From Bacillota bacterium (GTDB taxonomy: Bacteria; Bacillota; Ch66; Ch109): a DNA stretch of 64,000 nt. The DNA lies in assembly GCA_050952625.1 (NCBI GenBank), contig JBMNLH010000004.1:32001-96000 (forward strand), given 5' to 3'. Every line of letters begins with the position of its first letter. Position 1 is the stretch's first letter. The notes under the pieces were generated by a model. That model was not told the DNA's origin. It saw only the letters and a list, made by a program, of their open reading frames with translations, and searched no databases. Shown in pieces: positions 21,487 through 33,831 of the stretch. The translations under genes were made by a program, and so were the position numbers.

Positions 21487-22365
21487 TTACCTCTTCAGGG
21501 CTTCCGCGCCCGCTACAATTTCGAGCAGCTCCTTGGTAATCGCTGCTTGACGAGCCTTGTTCATGGATAAAGTAAGGGTGTCAATCATTTCCTTAGCATT
21601 ATCAGTCGCCGCTCCCATGGCGGTCATCCTCGCCCCTTGCTCGCTGGCCTTGCCCTCTAACAAGGACCGGTACACTTGCGTCTCAATGAACTTGGGCAGG
21701 ATGGCAGCCATTAATGTATCCGGGTCCGGCTCGTAAATGTAGTCGGTCCGCACAATTAGTTTCTTCTCTTCTTCGGTTTCATCTTCGCTTATTTGGAACG
21801 GCAGTAAATGCCGCACTCGCGGTATCTGCTGCAGGGCGGTTAAGAATTCGGCATAAACTAACCGAACTTCATCCACCACTTCTTCTAAAAATAGATTCAC
21901 TACAAACTGAGCTATCTCACGAGCTTGCACGAAGTTGGGATTATCGCCCAGGTTAACAAATTCACCCAAGACATTATAATCACGTTTTTTGAAGTAATCA
22001 CGTGCTTTGCGGCCTACCGCCACCACTGCCACCTGAGCCCCTTCCGGTAAATCACGGCTGCTTTGAACTGCTCGTCGAATAATATTCGTGTTATACGCTC
22101 CACACAATCCTCGATCCGCAGTTATCACCAGTAAGCAAACTGTTTTAACCGGTCGAACGCTTGCTAGCGGGTGTTGTAATTCCCCTTCGGCTTTCAGTAG
22201 GTGATCAAGCACTTCTCCAATTTGATCAGCGTACGGGCGGGCCATGACCGCCATTTCTTGCGCGCGTCTCAACTTGGCCGCCGCTACCATTTCCATGGCT
22301 CCGGTGATCTGCTGGGTGCTTTTAACACTGCGGATCCGCCGCTTAATATCCCTTACTCCCGCCAA
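21487..22365 (-). CDS. atpG: ATP synthase gamma
   Basis: QITGAMEMVAAAK, RQAAITKEL. Confidence 0.98.
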   Translation of the reverse strand: MAGVRDIKRRIRSVKSTQQITGAMEMVAAAKLRRAQEMAVMARPYADQIGEVLDHLLKAEGELQHPLASVRPVKTVCLLVITADRGLCGAYNTNIIRRAVQSSRDLPEGAQVAVVAVGRKARDYFKKRDYNVLGEFVNLGDNPNFVQAREIAQFVVNLFLEEVVDEVRLVYAEFLTALQQIPRVRHLLPFQISEDETEEEKKLIVRTDYIYEPDPDTLMAAILPKFIETQVYRSLLEGKASEQGARMTAMGAATDNAKEMIDTLTLSMNKARQAAITKELLEIVAGAEALKR

Positions 22366-22378
22366 TCTGCTTCACCAC

Positions 22379-23899
<1,521 letters not shown>

Positions 23900-23946
23900 T
23901 CACCCCTACCTTCCTAGACTCTTATGGCCATATTCCGGTAAGCCTA

Positions 23947-24501
23947 TCAACTAAACCGTAACTGTGCCTTACTAAGATTAGATTTGAGCATTTGTAACCG
24001 TTTGGTGATACTGCCGTCAATTACCCGGTCACCGACTCTGATTACCAGTCCGCCAATTAACTTGGGATCGACTAAAGTCTTTAGCCGGACATTCTTCCCG
24101 GTTAATTCGCTTAAACGGGCCTGCAGGCCTTTGAGGTCCTTCGGCGACAACTCAATGGCTGAGGTAACGGTGGCATCCAGTATATTCCGGGCTTTGTTAG
24201 CCATTTCCACATACTGAAGTTGAATCTGTTCCAAGTAGACTTCTCTTTTTTTATCAATCAAGAGATTAATAAAATTCAATAACAATGGAGAAATCCGGCC
24301 ACCGAAGATATCCTTGACGATAATTTTTTTATCGTTTTCTTTAATTAGGCGGTGATAGAAGACCCGCTTCAGTTCTCTGTTGGCGTTAATGTCGGCCACC
24401 AAATTCTGAAGTTGTACCTCCATCTCCCCCAACTCATTCCTCTCCTGGGCCAGTTCAAAAAAGGCAGCAGCGTATCGGCGCGCCACGCTCTTACTTAGCA
24501 C
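23947..24501 (-). CDS. atpH: ATP synthase delta
   Basis: VARRYAAAF, DPKLIGG...VIDGS. Confidence 0.97.
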   Translation of the reverse strand: MLSKSVARRYAAAFFELAQERNELGEMEVQLQNLVADINANRELKRVFYHRLIKENDKKIIVKDIFGGRISPLLLNFINLLIDKKREVYLEQIQLQYVEMANKARNILDATVTSAIELSPKDLKGLQARLSELTGKNVRLKTLVDPKLIGGLVIRVGDRVIDGSITKRLQMLKSNLSKAQLRFS

Positions 24502-25100
24502 AATCTATCCCCTACCTCATTGACAAAGTCCTTAACCATCTTCTGGTGGTCTTCAATGGTAATTGCTTTACCCAGGACCTTCTCAGCCGCTAAAATAGCT
24601 AAAGTAGCCGCTTGATCTCGAAGCTCGTTAACCGCTTTTTCTTTAGCACTTTCAATCTCAGCCACTGCTCGGGCCCGCTCATTGGCCGCCTCTTCCTTGG
24701 CCTTGGCAATTAACTCGGCCTTGGTTTCTTCGCCAATTTGTTGTGCCCGGGCAACAATTTCCTGGGCTTCCTTTCGGGAATCCAGCAGATTTTGCTGCGC
24801 TTCTTGTTTCATTCTTTCGATATCAACCCGAATTTCTTCGGCATGGCGCAAAGAACTCTCAATGGTATTTTTCCGATCATCCAACATTTGAAGAATTGGA
24901 TTATAGGCAAACTTGTACAAAATAGCCAGTAAGAAGAGGAAGTTGATAATTGCCCACATAACTTTGTATGCTTCAATTGCCGGTACCCCATGTGCTTCAG
25001 CAGCAAGGACCGGACTGGCTAGTATTAATTGCAGTGAGCTTAATGCCGCTACTCCCCCTGCCGTCTGTCCGACTCTGGCTAACCAACCTCTTTTTATCAT
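24495..25100 (-). CDS. atpF: ATP synthase subunit b with N-terminal extension
   Basis: AIINFLFLLAILYKFAYNPILQMLDDRK followed by coiled coil. Confidence 0.95.
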   Translation of the reverse strand: MIKRGWLARVGQTAGGVAALSSLQLILASPVLAAEAHGVPAIEAYKVMWAIINFLFLLAILYKFAYNPILQMLDDRKNTIESSLRHAEEIRVDIERMKQEAQQNLLDSRKEAQEIVARAQQIGEETKAELIAKAKEEAANERARAVAEIESAKEKAVNELRDQAATLAILAAEKVLGKAITIEDHQKMVKDFVNEVGDRLC

Positions 25101-25216
25101 CTTGGTCAGTAAACCTCCAATCTCTAGGAGCTTTCTCGGGGAATAAGGATTGGGGCGATAGCAGCCAAAAAGAAAACCTTTTCAGCCTTCTATCGCCCTT
25201 CACACTTAAGCTGTTC

Positions 25217-25453
25217 TTAGCCTATCTTACCGATCAGCATGAAAGCGATCAGAAGACCGTAAATGGTCAGGGTTTCCATGAAGGCCAATGCGATGAACAG
25301 CAAGGTTCGGATGGTGCCAGCGGTTTCCGGTTGGCGGGCAATACTTTCAAAGGCCTTACCAGAAGCAATACCTTGACCTACGCCAGCACCGGTGGCCGCC
25401 ACAGCCACTGCGATAGATGCACCTATGGCGATCATTCCTGCAGCTTGATCCAT
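25217..25453 (-). CDS. atpE: ATP synthase subunit c
   Basis: [21 protein letters not shown]. Confidence 0.98.
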   Translation of the reverse strand: MDQAAGMIAIGASIAVAVAATGAGVGQGIASGKAFESIARQPETAGTIRTLLFIALAFMETLTIYGLLIAFMLIGKIG

Positions 25454-25652
25454 CTTTTGATTTCCCCCCTTTCTTAGTTACCAGCCCTTCCTCCCTTCTC
25501 TGTTACCCTCCAGGAGGCGACTGGTGTAAGTTCTTGAATAAGTTGACACCTTAAAATTTAAATAAAATTAAATAATATGGATAAGTGTGCCTAACTTCGC
25601 GTGATAGTGAGTCTATTCTCCAATAGGTACTGCGGCAACGTTTCCTTAATGG

Positions 25653-26324
25653 CTAATGGCTCTCGTGTTCTTCAGTAGCTGCTCCAATATAACTGGTGGC
25701 CAAAATTGTGAAAACCAAGGCCTGGATAGCACCCAGCAAGACCGACAGTCCCATCATTGCGACGGGTACCAGGAATGGAGCCATCCCCAACAGGAAGAAT
25801 AATATCGTCTCTTCTGCAAAGATATTGCCAAATAGACGAAGGGTGAGCGACAATGGACGGGCAACTTCTTCTAATAGATTTAAGGGTAGGAATGCGGCAA
25901 ATGGTGTAACAAAATGCTTGAAATAGCCGATACCATGGGCTTTAACCCCATAGTAGTGAGTGGCAAAAAAGACAACAATAGCCAGTGCTCCGGTTACATT
26001 CCAGTCACTAGTTGGCGGCTGAAAGCCATGCACCATCCCTGCACCGGGCACCAGCCCTGAGTAGTTACATAATAGAATAAATAGGAAAAAGGTAGCCAGC
26101 AAGGGCGTATACAGCCGCGCCCTCTTTTCTCCCAAAACACTCGAAAAAAAGTTTAATAACCCCTCCACTATTGCCTCTGCTACGTTTTGAATTCCTCCAG
26201 GGACTCTCTTCATGTTCCGGGTCCCAAAATAAAAGAGCAATGCCAGGATTGCCATGATTACCCAGGAAGTAACCGTAATATTATACACGGGAACCGGACC
26301 AATGTGAAACAAGACACCTTGCAA
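25653..26324 (-). CDS. atpB: ATP synthase subunit a
   Basis: RPLSLTLRLFGNI, IQALVFTIL; TTG start after RBS GAAGGGGGG. Confidence 0.96.
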   Translation of the reverse strand: MQGVLFHIGPVPVYNITVTSWVIMAILALLFYFGTRNMKRVPGGIQNVAEAIVEGLLNFFSSVLGEKRARLYTPLLATFFLFILLCNYSGLVPGAGMVHGFQPPTSDWNVTGALAIVVFFATHYYGVKAHGIGYFKHFVTPFAAFLPLNLLEEVARPLSLTLRLFGNIFAEETILFFLLGMAPFLVPVAMMGLSVLLGAIQALVFTILATSYIGAATEEHESH

Positions 26325-26430
26325 ATCTCTCCCCCCCTTCCGCAACCAAATTGCCTTGTTTTATTACACTTCTGGGAAGTCGGTACGACCGTATTTCCCA
26401 AACATGACATCCAAAACAGATAAAAATGAT

Positions 26431-26751
26431 TTAGGGCTCTGGATCTGTTGGCCCCTGATTCTTTTTATACTGTTCGCGAAGCTCTTTCATTTTAGCGAGG
26501 TTGTCCTTTAAATTAATGGCTTTTCGTACATCCTCGGGCTTTTCCAGTTTACCAAAAGCCGTTTCGTACATCATTTTTAGGCCCGTCGCGGTGCCAAGCA
26601 AAAAGAAAGTTAAGGTTAACCACGGTGCTGTCCCGAAACGCTTATCCAAAAAGGCCCCCAAAAAATACCCAACCGCCAACGATGCTGCCATATTTGTGCC
26701 CATTGCCAGGGCCTTGCCCAGTGCTTTGGTATTCCAAGAATCTTTTTCCAC
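26431..26751 (-). CDS. AtpZ/AtpQ (ATPase gene 1) family protein
   Basis: GYFLGAFLDKRFGTAPWL. Confidence 0.88.
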   Translation of the reverse strand: MEKDSWNTKALGKALAMGTNMAASLAVGYFLGAFLDKRFGTAPWLTLTFFLLGTATGLKMMYETAFGKLEKPEDVRKAINLKDNLAKMKELREQYKKNQGPTDPEP

Positions 26752-27305
26752 TGTATTCCCCTCCTGCCGTCTTTATTCTGGCAAAGTGCCAAAATTCGCA
26801 ACCAATATGGTTTTTAGTAATTCGCGGACACGAGGTAATACATTAGTTGCTCCAATCAGGTCGATCCTTGATTGCTTTTAGATTCTGATAAGGATAAGAT
26901 TCGCCAGAAACTTTAGAAATCCTTTTTTCTTGAGTCATATTTCTCGGTTTTTTTACATCCATTGACACAATTCGTAGATTAATTAGGAGTGGAAACCCTT
27001 AAAATGATCATCGTCGCAGTTCTAGTCGCAGTTCTAGAAGTGTATATTCTACGCCCAGAGAGCATTTCCTTCCCGTAATAAGAGAAACTTTTCCCAACGA
27101 TTATATTCGAAACTTTTCGCCAGTTCTGGCAAATCTGCTAAATCAGTCAATTCACCTCCTAATAATTAGAATGCAATTTGGTTTCGACCTAATCAAGCTA
27201 AGTTTTGCCTTCGTGCCTGGCTGTACATACAATCAGTATTCGTTTATCGAGGTGCGTTCAATGCATAATCATAATAGGGCTGAAGGAAATGAAGAATCTT
27301 ACGCT

Positions 27306-27755
27306 TCACGCCTTAAGGTACCCGCGCCGCAGTAATTTTTGCCGATGTTCTTCCAAAAGCTCATCCAGGTCAACGTCTAATTGATAGATAAAGGTGGCAC
27401 AGGTTTGAATAATGTCCAGCAATTCTCTGGCAATCCGGGCTTGAATCTCCTGTTCCCCTTGCGACTCGCTAACGGTCCGTTCCCGCAGACCCTGGTATTT
27501 TTGGGTAATCTCCGCTAAAGCCGACAAATCAATCTCCACCTGTTGGTTCATCACCTCAGCTATTTCGCGTCCCATATCTCGGCTGAGCAGCTTCAGCATT
27601 ACTGCCTGACGGTCTTCCCCGCTCATGCCACGGACTTTACCGACAATTTCACTGCATTCCCCCACTTCTTCCGCTAGTTTTATCATGGTGCTTTCGATCG
27701 TTGGCTTTAGATCCAGTTTCGGAAACACTTTTTGCAAATCAGCCAGCAAGCTCAA
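27306..27755 (-). CDS. MazG-like nucleotide pyrophosphohydrolase
   Basis: KLAEEVGE...RELLDIIQT, HRQKLLRRGY. Confidence 0.75.
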   Translation of the reverse strand: MSLLADLQKVFPKLDLKPTIESTMIKLAEEVGECSEIVGKVRGMSGEDRQAVMLKLLSRDMGREIAEVMNQQVEIDLSALAEITQKYQGLRERTVSESQGEQEIQARIARELLDIIQTCATFIYQLDVDLDELLEEHRQKLLRRGYLKA

Positions 27756-27842
27756 TCCAGATCACTCCTTATTTGCCTTTAACCCTTTTACATTATAACT
27801 TGTATCCAGGCCTCGCCTTCGCCGCCTCCATCGACATCAAAA

Positions 27843-27946
27843 CCTCACGCCTCACACCTCACGCCTCACACCTCACGCCTCACACCTCACGCCTCACGCC
27901 TCACGCCTCACACCTCACGCCTCACACCTCACGCCTCACGCCTCAC
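27843..27946. repeat. Heptamer tandem repeat (cctcacR x~15)
   Basis: Read directly; abuts the deaminase stop codon. Confidence 0.95.
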
Positions 27947-28429
27947 CTATTGAAACCGCTCCAGTTTTACGCCGGCCTGGTCAAAAATCCTCCTGGCTAA
28001 AGGGTCCGGGTAGTCTCCCCGAAACACGACCCGGACGATCCGGGCGTTAACGAGCATCTTGGCACACAAGATGCAGGGCTGGTGAGTACAGTAAAGAGTG
28101 GCCCCGGCCGGGGAACGGCCGTGAAGGGCGGCCTGGATCAGACAGTTTTGCTCCGCGTGTACACCAATACACATCTCGTGCCGCTCCCCTGAGGGAATAC
28201 CTAATTCGTCGCGAAGACAACCGACATCCAGACAATGAGGCAGACCAGTGGGGGCTCCATTATAGCCGGTGGCAATAATATGCCGATCCCGAACCAGCAC
28301 GGCCCCTACCTGCCGGCGCTGACAGGTCGACCGTTGGGCCACCAAATCACACATGGTCATGAAGTACTCGTCCCAAGAGGGCCGCTGCTTTTGACTAATT
28401 CCGCCGTTTGACGGGTGATCGGTCCCCAT
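27947..28429 (-). CDS. dCMP deaminase (ComEB-like)
   Basis: RPSWDEYFM, TGYNG, HAEQN, PCILC. Confidence 0.93.
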   Translation of the reverse strand: MGTDHPSNGGISQKQRPSWDEYFMTMCDLVAQRSTCQRRQVGAVLVRDRHIIATGYNGAPTGLPHCLDVGCLRDELGIPSGERHEMCIGVHAEQNCLIQAALHGRSPAGATLYCTHQPCILCAKMLVNARIVRVVFRGDYPDPLARRIFDQAGVKLERFQ

Positions 28430-28748
28430 TTAAAACCATCTCCTTGAAACTTCTCTCCGCCAAAAGTATTTATATTAAGCACCCAAAGTTAAAATTCTTC
28501 GCTTCGCCCAAAATTATCACCATTGCCCGCACCACGATAAGCCGGTGTATTCTTAGGAATCCACAGTTAGAGTTAGCCGCTTGTTTTCATGTGAACCCCC
28601 TGGCACTGAGGAAGGGGACTTCTCGCTGATTTTTGTTAAATTAATCCTGGAGTATCCCGCGTCAAATTTTAAAAATTCAAACCGTAAATTTTATTTTAAC
28701 ACACATTAGATGGACCGCCACAAATAAGCTAGGCTACATTTTTACTTG

Positions 28749-28856
28749 GATTAAAAAACTCCCTCTTCTATAAGTAGAGGTTACCTTCTTTAAACTTCAG
28801 GTGGAGTAGAGTCCCCATTTGAAGCCTTGATGTTCAGCGAAGCTGAACGAGTTCAC
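28749..28856 (+). mobile_element. Family A element, copy 2
   Basis: Near-identical to 6033-6143, ends gctgaacgagttcac. Confidence 0.7.
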
Positions 28857-28991
28857 TACCATATTAGAACTGTCCGAACGAGTAAATTTGTTTTGACCCA
28901 GCGGTCTTCCAGCAGCAGGAATTTGGCACAAAAAGACGTAAATAGTTACTGATGTGAATAATAAATTGATGTGAATTAAATATTTTAAGAC

Positions 28992-29019
28992 TTGAACGAA
29001 AACAAATGTTTGGTATAAT
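28992..29019 (+). promoter_or_regulatory. Probable sigmaA promoter of the methyltransferase
   Basis: TTGAAC-16nt-TATAAT with extended TG. Confidence 0.55.
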
Positions 29020-29048
29020 GAAATAAAACATAAGTTCGGAGGATTACT

Positions 29049-30056
29049 ATGGAACAGCAGACTATCTTTGAATGTATTCCAAAAAATTGGAGCACCCAAA
29101 ATTTAAAGTCAATTCGTTATATAGATTTGTTTTGCGGAATTGGCGGGTTCAGGATAGCCGCTGAACAAGTTTTCCGTAAAAACAAAATTAATTCAAAGTG
29201 TGTTTTTTCCTGCGATATTGATAAGTATGTTCAAAAATCTTATTATGCTAACTTTGGTGACCAGCCAGCCGGAGATATTACGGAAATTGCTGCTCCAGAC
29301 ATTCCGGACCATGACTTATTATTTGCGGGGTTCCCTTGTCAACCATTTAGTATAATTGGAATGGGTAAAGGATTTGAGGACATAAGAGGTACTTTATTTT
29401 TTGATATAGCCAGAATTTTAGCCGTTAAAAAACCGAAGGCCTTCATTTTAGAGAATGTCAAGCAATTAGTTGGACATAGAAAAGGGACTACCTTTAAGAC
29501 AATTATCCAAACTTTACATAACCTTGGCTATTACATTGATTATCGAGTTCTAAATGCCTTGGATTATGGATTACCCCAAAAAAGGGAGCGAGTTTTTATC
29601 GTTGGCTTTTACAAACAAATGTGGTTTCAATGGCCTTCCAACTTTTCTAAGCGCACACCTTTAGAGGAAATCCTTGAAACAGACATTGACCAAAAGTACT
29701 ACGTCTCCGACAGAATAAGAAAAAAACGCCATGATATGCATAAATCTCAGTACTACCCATCAATTTGGCATGAAAATAAAGCTGGAAATATTTGTTCCTA
29801 TCCTTATTCTTGCGCTTTAAGGGCTGGTGCTTCGTATAATTATTTATTGGTTAACGGCGAAAGGAGATTAACCCCGCGTGAAATGTTAAGATTGCAGGGA
29901 TTTCCTGATAGCTTCAAAATAGTAGTCCCGGATTTCCAGATGAGAAAGCAAGCAGGTAATGCTGTACCAGTTAATGTGGTCCGAGCCGTACTGGAATCTT
30001 TTTTGCCAATTATTTTAGAAAACCATTCAACAATAAGGTGTAAAGAAATCGTTTAA
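29049..30056 (+). CDS. DNA (cytosine-5) methyltransferase
   Basis: DLFCGIGG, AGFPCQPFS, LENV, PQKRER, RLQGFP, QAGNAV; AT-rich and opposite in strand to its neighbours. Confidence 0.95.
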   Translation: MEQQTIFECIPKNWSTQNLKSIRYIDLFCGIGGFRIAAEQVFRKNKINSKCVFSCDIDKYVQKSYYANFGDQPAGDITEIAAPDIPDHDLLFAGFPCQPFSIIGMGKGFEDIRGTLFFDIARILAVKKPKAFILENVKQLVGHRKGTTFKTIIQTLHNLGYYIDYRVLNALDYGLPQKRERVFIVGFYKQMWFQWPSNFSKRTPLEEILETDIDQKYYVSDRIRKKRHDMHKSQYYPSIWHENKAGNICSYPYSCALRAGASYNYLLVNGERRLTPREMLRLQGFPDSFKIVVPDFQMRKQAGNAVPVNVVRAVLESFLPIILENHSTIRCKEIV

Positions 30057-30268
30057 TTTTCAAAAGAGGAAATCTGGAAGGCTTTAATAAGTTGGAGGAT
30101 CATTGTTTTACCTGGCAACCGCACGGATCGCAGTTTACTATTATAGAAAAAATCCCGGATAATTGCTTAATTATCAGAATCAAAAAGCCCCCGCATTTAG
30201 ACAAAGACAAGCTATTGGCAACAATAGGTTTTGATAAAACTTGGGTAACCATAGTTACTAAGCAATAA
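30044..30268 (+). pseudogene. Start-less C-terminal gene remnant, probably the cognate restriction endonuclease
   Basis: Open frame ...KRGNLEGFNKLEDHCFTWQPHGSQFTIIEKIPD...LATIGFDKTWVTIVTKQ* directly after the MTase. Confidence 0.55.
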
Positions 30269-30420
30269 TTCTTTATACAAATTTTAAATTTAGTCTTAAG
30301 AAATTTAAAAACAGCAGGAGGCGTAATCGCTGGCAACGTCTCCTGCTTATTTCACAAACTAGGTCCCTTAGATGTTGGATTTAAATTTTAAGGATTCACA
30401 TCAGACAAAAAACCTATCGG

Positions 30421-30482
30421 CTCACACCTCACACCTCACACCTCACACCTCACACCTCACACCTCACACCTCACGCCTCACA
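30421..30482. repeat. Heptamer tandem repeat (cctcaca x~9)
   Basis: Read directly. Confidence 0.95.
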
Positions 30483-30548
30483 TCTTCCCATGCAGGTGCT
30501 CAAGACAGAGAACCCATCCCCCTGTCTCGGACCGTTCCCTGGTCCCCC

Positions 30549-31793
30549 TTAGTACAGGGGATGCCGGGCGCAAAGTTCGGCCACCATGCCTTTAACCTTT
30601 TGCTGCATCGCCTCGTCTTCTGGGGCACTCAGGGCTAAGTGAATGGCTTCGGCGACGACCGCCATATCTTCTTCCGTAAAGCCCCGGCTGGTTAGGGCGG
30701 GAGTGCCCAGCCGAATACCGCTGGTGACAAACGGACTCTGGGGATCGAAGGGGATAGTGTTTTTGTTCACCGTGATCCCAACTTCGTCCAGGATTTTTTC
30801 GGCGTCTTTGCCGGTCAGGTTTCGTGACCGTAAATCTACCAGCATCAGGTGATTATCAGTTCCACCTGAAACCAAGCGGAACCCTTTTTCTGTCAAGCCG
30901 CGGGCCAAAGCCTGGGCATTATTAATAATCTGCTGTTGATAGCGACGAAAATCTTCGGTCATCGCCTCTTTGAAACACACTGCCTTGGCGGCAATGATGT
31001 GCATCAGCGGGCCGCCCTGGATACCAGGGAAAATAGCCTTATCAATTGCCGCTGCATATTCTGATTTGCAGAGAATCAGACCTCCCCGGGGACCGCGCAA
31101 AGTCTTGTGCGTCGTGGTAGTAACAATTTCCGCGTGCGGCACTGGGCTGGGGTGCAGGCCGGCAGCGACCAGGCCGGCGATATGCGCAATATCCACCATC
31201 AGCATGGCCCCAACCTCTTGGGCAATCGCCGCAAAACGAGGGAAGTCAAGCACTCGCGGGTAAGCACTGGCCCCAGCGACGATCATCTTCGGCCGGTGCT
31301 GCCGGGCTAGATCAGCTAGTTGGTCATAGTTTATGGTTTCGGTCTTTTCATCGACTCCATAGGGTACTACATTATAGTACATGCCGGATATATTGACTGG
31401 GCTGCCATGACTAAGATGGCCGCCGTGAGACAGGTTCATCCCTAATATGGTATCCCCCGGTTTTAAAAAGGCAAAATAAACGGCGGTGTTGGCTTGGGCA
31501 CCAGAATGGGGTTGAACATTAGCGTGCTCGGCCCCAAATATTTTTTTGGCTCTTTCTCGGGCCAAGTTTTCAGCGACATCAACGCATTCGCAGCCACCAT
31601 AGTACCGTTTGCCCGGGTACCCCTCGGCATACTTATTAGTCATTACGCAACCAGCAGCGGCCATCACGGCCCGGCTGACAAAGTTCTCGGAAGCGATCAG
31701 TTCCAATTTATTGCCCTGACGCTTTTCCTCGCTTTCAATCGCCTCGGCAACTTCCGGGTCTACTGGCAGGACATACTGCCGAATATAATCCAC
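30549..31793 (-). CDS. glyA: Serine hydroxymethyltransferase
   Basis: [31 protein letters not shown]. Confidence 0.98.
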   Translation of the reverse strand: MDYIRQYVLPVDPEVAEAIESEEKRQGNKLELIASENFVSRAVMAAAGCVMTNKYAEGYPGKRYYGGCECVDVAENLARERAKKIFGAEHANVQPHSGAQANTAVYFAFLKPGDTILGMNLSHGGHLSHGSPVNISGMYYNVVPYGVDEKTETINYDQLADLARQHRPKMIVAGASAYPRVLDFPRFAAIAQEVGAMLMVDIAHIAGLVAAGLHPSPVPHAEIVTTTTHKTLRGPRGGLILCKSEYAAAIDKAIFPGIQGGPLMHIIAAKAVCFKEAMTEDFRRYQQQIINNAQALARGLTEKGFRLVSGGTDNHLMLVDLRSRNLTGKDAEKILDEVGITVNKNTIPFDPQSPFVTSGIRLGTPALTSRGFTEEDMAVVAEAIHLALSAPEDEAMQQKVKGMVAELCARHPLY

Positions 31794-31849
31794 TAATATT
31801 CCCCCTTGTTTTAGAATAAAGCCACTCAATCATTTTGAGCCAGGCTTGA

Positions 31850-31961
31850 TCTGACTCAAAAGACTCTCATTTATATAAATGGAGGTTACCTTCTTTATTT
31901 CTTCAGGTGGAGTAGAGTTTCCATCTGAAGCCTCAATATTCAGTGCAACTGAACGAGTTAC
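31850..31961 (+). mobile_element. Family A element, copy 3
   Basis: tctgactcaaaagactctc...cttcaggtggagtagag...ctgaacgagttac. Confidence 0.65.
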
Positions 31962-32029
31962 TTTGTGGAGGTAAGCAATTATTAATTTTTCGTTATTATC
32001 TGAGTTTTCCGCCTATACCATTAATATTC

Positions 32030-32494
32030 TTACTCATTTTTGCGTTCCCGGCAATACTTTTCTTCAATCGCCTGAATTTTATTTAAGCGATTGGCGTGCC
32101 GACCGCCCTCAAACCTGGTTGTCAGCCAGACCTGGACAATTTCCCGCGCCAAGCCGGGCCCTAGAACCCGGCCGCCCAGGACTAAAATATTCGCATCATT
32201 ATGTTCCCGGGAGGCCCTGGCAGAAAAGGGATCGCCGCATAGAGCCGCCCGAATCCCGGGGACTTTATTGGCGGCAATGCTGATCCCGATTCCGGTCCCG
32301 CAGAGCAGTATTCCCCGATCATACTCCCCCCGGCTGACCGCTTCGGCTACTGGCAGGGCATAATCCGGGTAATCCACGGAGTCGGCAGAGTTAGTTCCAA
32401 AATCCTGAAAGTCCACTTGCTGTTCTTGGAGCAGCTTTTTTATTTCTTCCTTTAAGACGTATCCGCCATGATCACTGGCCAGAGCTATCTTCAA
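32030..32494 (-). CDS. rpiB: Ribose-5-phosphate isomerase B
   Basis: ASDHGG, CGTGIG, HNDAN, FEGGRH. Confidence 0.97.
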   Translation of the reverse strand: MKIALASDHGGYVLKEEIKKLLQEQQVDFQDFGTNSADSVDYPDYALPVAEAVSRGEYDRGILLCGTGIGISIAANKVPGIRAALCGDPFSARASREHNDANILVLGGRVLGPGLAREIVQVWLTTRFEGGRHANRLNKIQAIEEKYCRERKNE

Positions 32495-33047
32495 CTAATG
32501 TCTCCCCCTCATCTGACTCTGGGCTTAATTTACCGGCCTCTGGTCCCCCGTCCCACTGGGGCAGACGGTTAATTATTATGGCCAGGTTATTCTTTAGTTC
32601 CTGCGCTACCTGTCGATAAACCTCCAGCGGCTGCCCGAACGGGTCAGGGATATCGTAGGCCCAATCTGACTCGGCTGTTTCAAGTTCTCCGGCACATGAT
32701 TCCGCATATTTCTTTAATAGATGGACCTTGCCGGCCGCAGCCGGAACTAAGCGTAATACCTGCTGGCGGTGACTCCCAGTCATGGTTAGCACCAGGTCCG
32801 CCACCTTAATCAACTCTGGTGTAAGTGCTTGTGCCCGATGGTTTGAAAGGTCAATTCCCTCCTCACTGAGGGCGGTTACTGCCTCAGGCGTAGCCGGATG
32901 TCCGGCACAAGCAGCGGTTCCGGCAGAGAGTACGGTTACTGAATCAAGCAGCCCTTTCTGCTCTAGCAGGTGACGGGCCAGACCCTCCGCCATACTGCTG
33001 CGGCAGGTATTGCCGGAGCAAACCAGCAGTATTTTTTTCACCCTCAT
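32472..33047 (-). CDS. ywlE: Low-molecular-weight protein (arginine/tyrosine) phosphatase
   Basis: [16 protein letters not shown]. Confidence 0.9.
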   Translation of the reverse strand: MRVKKILLVCSGNTCRSSMAEGLARHLLEQKGLLDSVTVLSAGTAACAGHPATPEAVTALSEEGIDLSNHRAQALTPELIKVADLVLTMTGSHRQQVLRLVPAAAGKVHLLKKYAESCAGELETAESDWAYDIPDPFGQPLEVYRQVAQELKNNLAIIINRLPQWDGGPEAGKLSPESDEGETLVEDSSGQ

Positions 33048-33060
33048 CAACCCCCTTTAT

Positions 33061-33654
33061 TTACCACGCAATCTTACAGCCAACCAGCACTAAGACTAGT
33101 CCTCCAAGCAATCCGGCCCGGGTGCCAATCCAGCGACCTAAAAACCGGCCCAGAATCAGACCCATGGCTGTCATTACGCCAGCGACACCGCCGATAACGC
33201 CGACCGTTATTGCCAGCCGTTCAACGAAAATGGTTCCCAAACCAAAGCCGACACTCAAGGCATCCAGGCTCACACTAAAACCCAGGATAAATAGTCCCCA
33301 GCCTCCCTGGGAAAGGTTTTGCAGTTTCTGATTCAGGGAAGCCGGTCGTCCCGGTCCGGCAGCACCGAACTCCAGAATCTCTTCTCTGGGTCGCAGGGCC
33401 TCACGGATCATATTTAAACCAATGAGAATTATAATGCCCGCCCCAATCCACGCGGCATACTGGCCGATCAGGGCCCCTAACATTCCGCCCAGGACCACAC
33501 CGATTAAGGGCATCACGACATGAAAGGCCAAGACTGTTCCCGACAACAGCAGCAATTCTCGGCACTGAACTCCGCGCATCCCAATACCTAAGGCGACGGA
33601 GAAAGCATCAGTTCCTAAAGCGACGGCCACCAGCAATAGTGTTAGTAAATCCAT
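33061..33654 (-). CDS. mntP: Manganese efflux pump MntP family
   Basis: ALGTDAFSV, SVSLDAL. Confidence 0.9.
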   Translation of the reverse strand: MDLLTLLLVAVALGTDAFSVALGIGMRGVQCRELLLLSGTVLAFHVVMPLIGVVLGGMLGALIGQYAAWIGAGIIILIGLNMIREALRPREEILEFGAAGPGRPASLNQKLQNLSQGGWGLFILGFSVSLDALSVGFGLGTIFVERLAITVGVIGGVAGVMTAMGLILGRFLGRWIGTRAGLLGGLVLVLVGCKIAW

Positions 33655-33831
33655 CTTAATTTCCATTCTTTAAAATTTTGCTCTTTAAAATTCTGCCCAC
33701 ATTCGCCATCTCGTTAAGAATTATCATGTCTGCCGGGCCAGGTAACCGAATAGCGGTTATATTCATATAATGGTTATGTTCAGAGCAATGACAACGCCCC
33801 AGCTTTTTTTCGACAATAACGAACATATCAC

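Noticed and set aside
27306-28429. dNTP-depletion defence pair (deaminase plus MazG)
   Set aside because: The ComEB-like deaminase is normal in this core position and lacks the kinase domain of defensive dCTP deaminases.
33667-33831. yybP-ykoY Mn riboswitch upstream of mntP
   Set aside because: No recognisable motif; the region holds a family B fragment.
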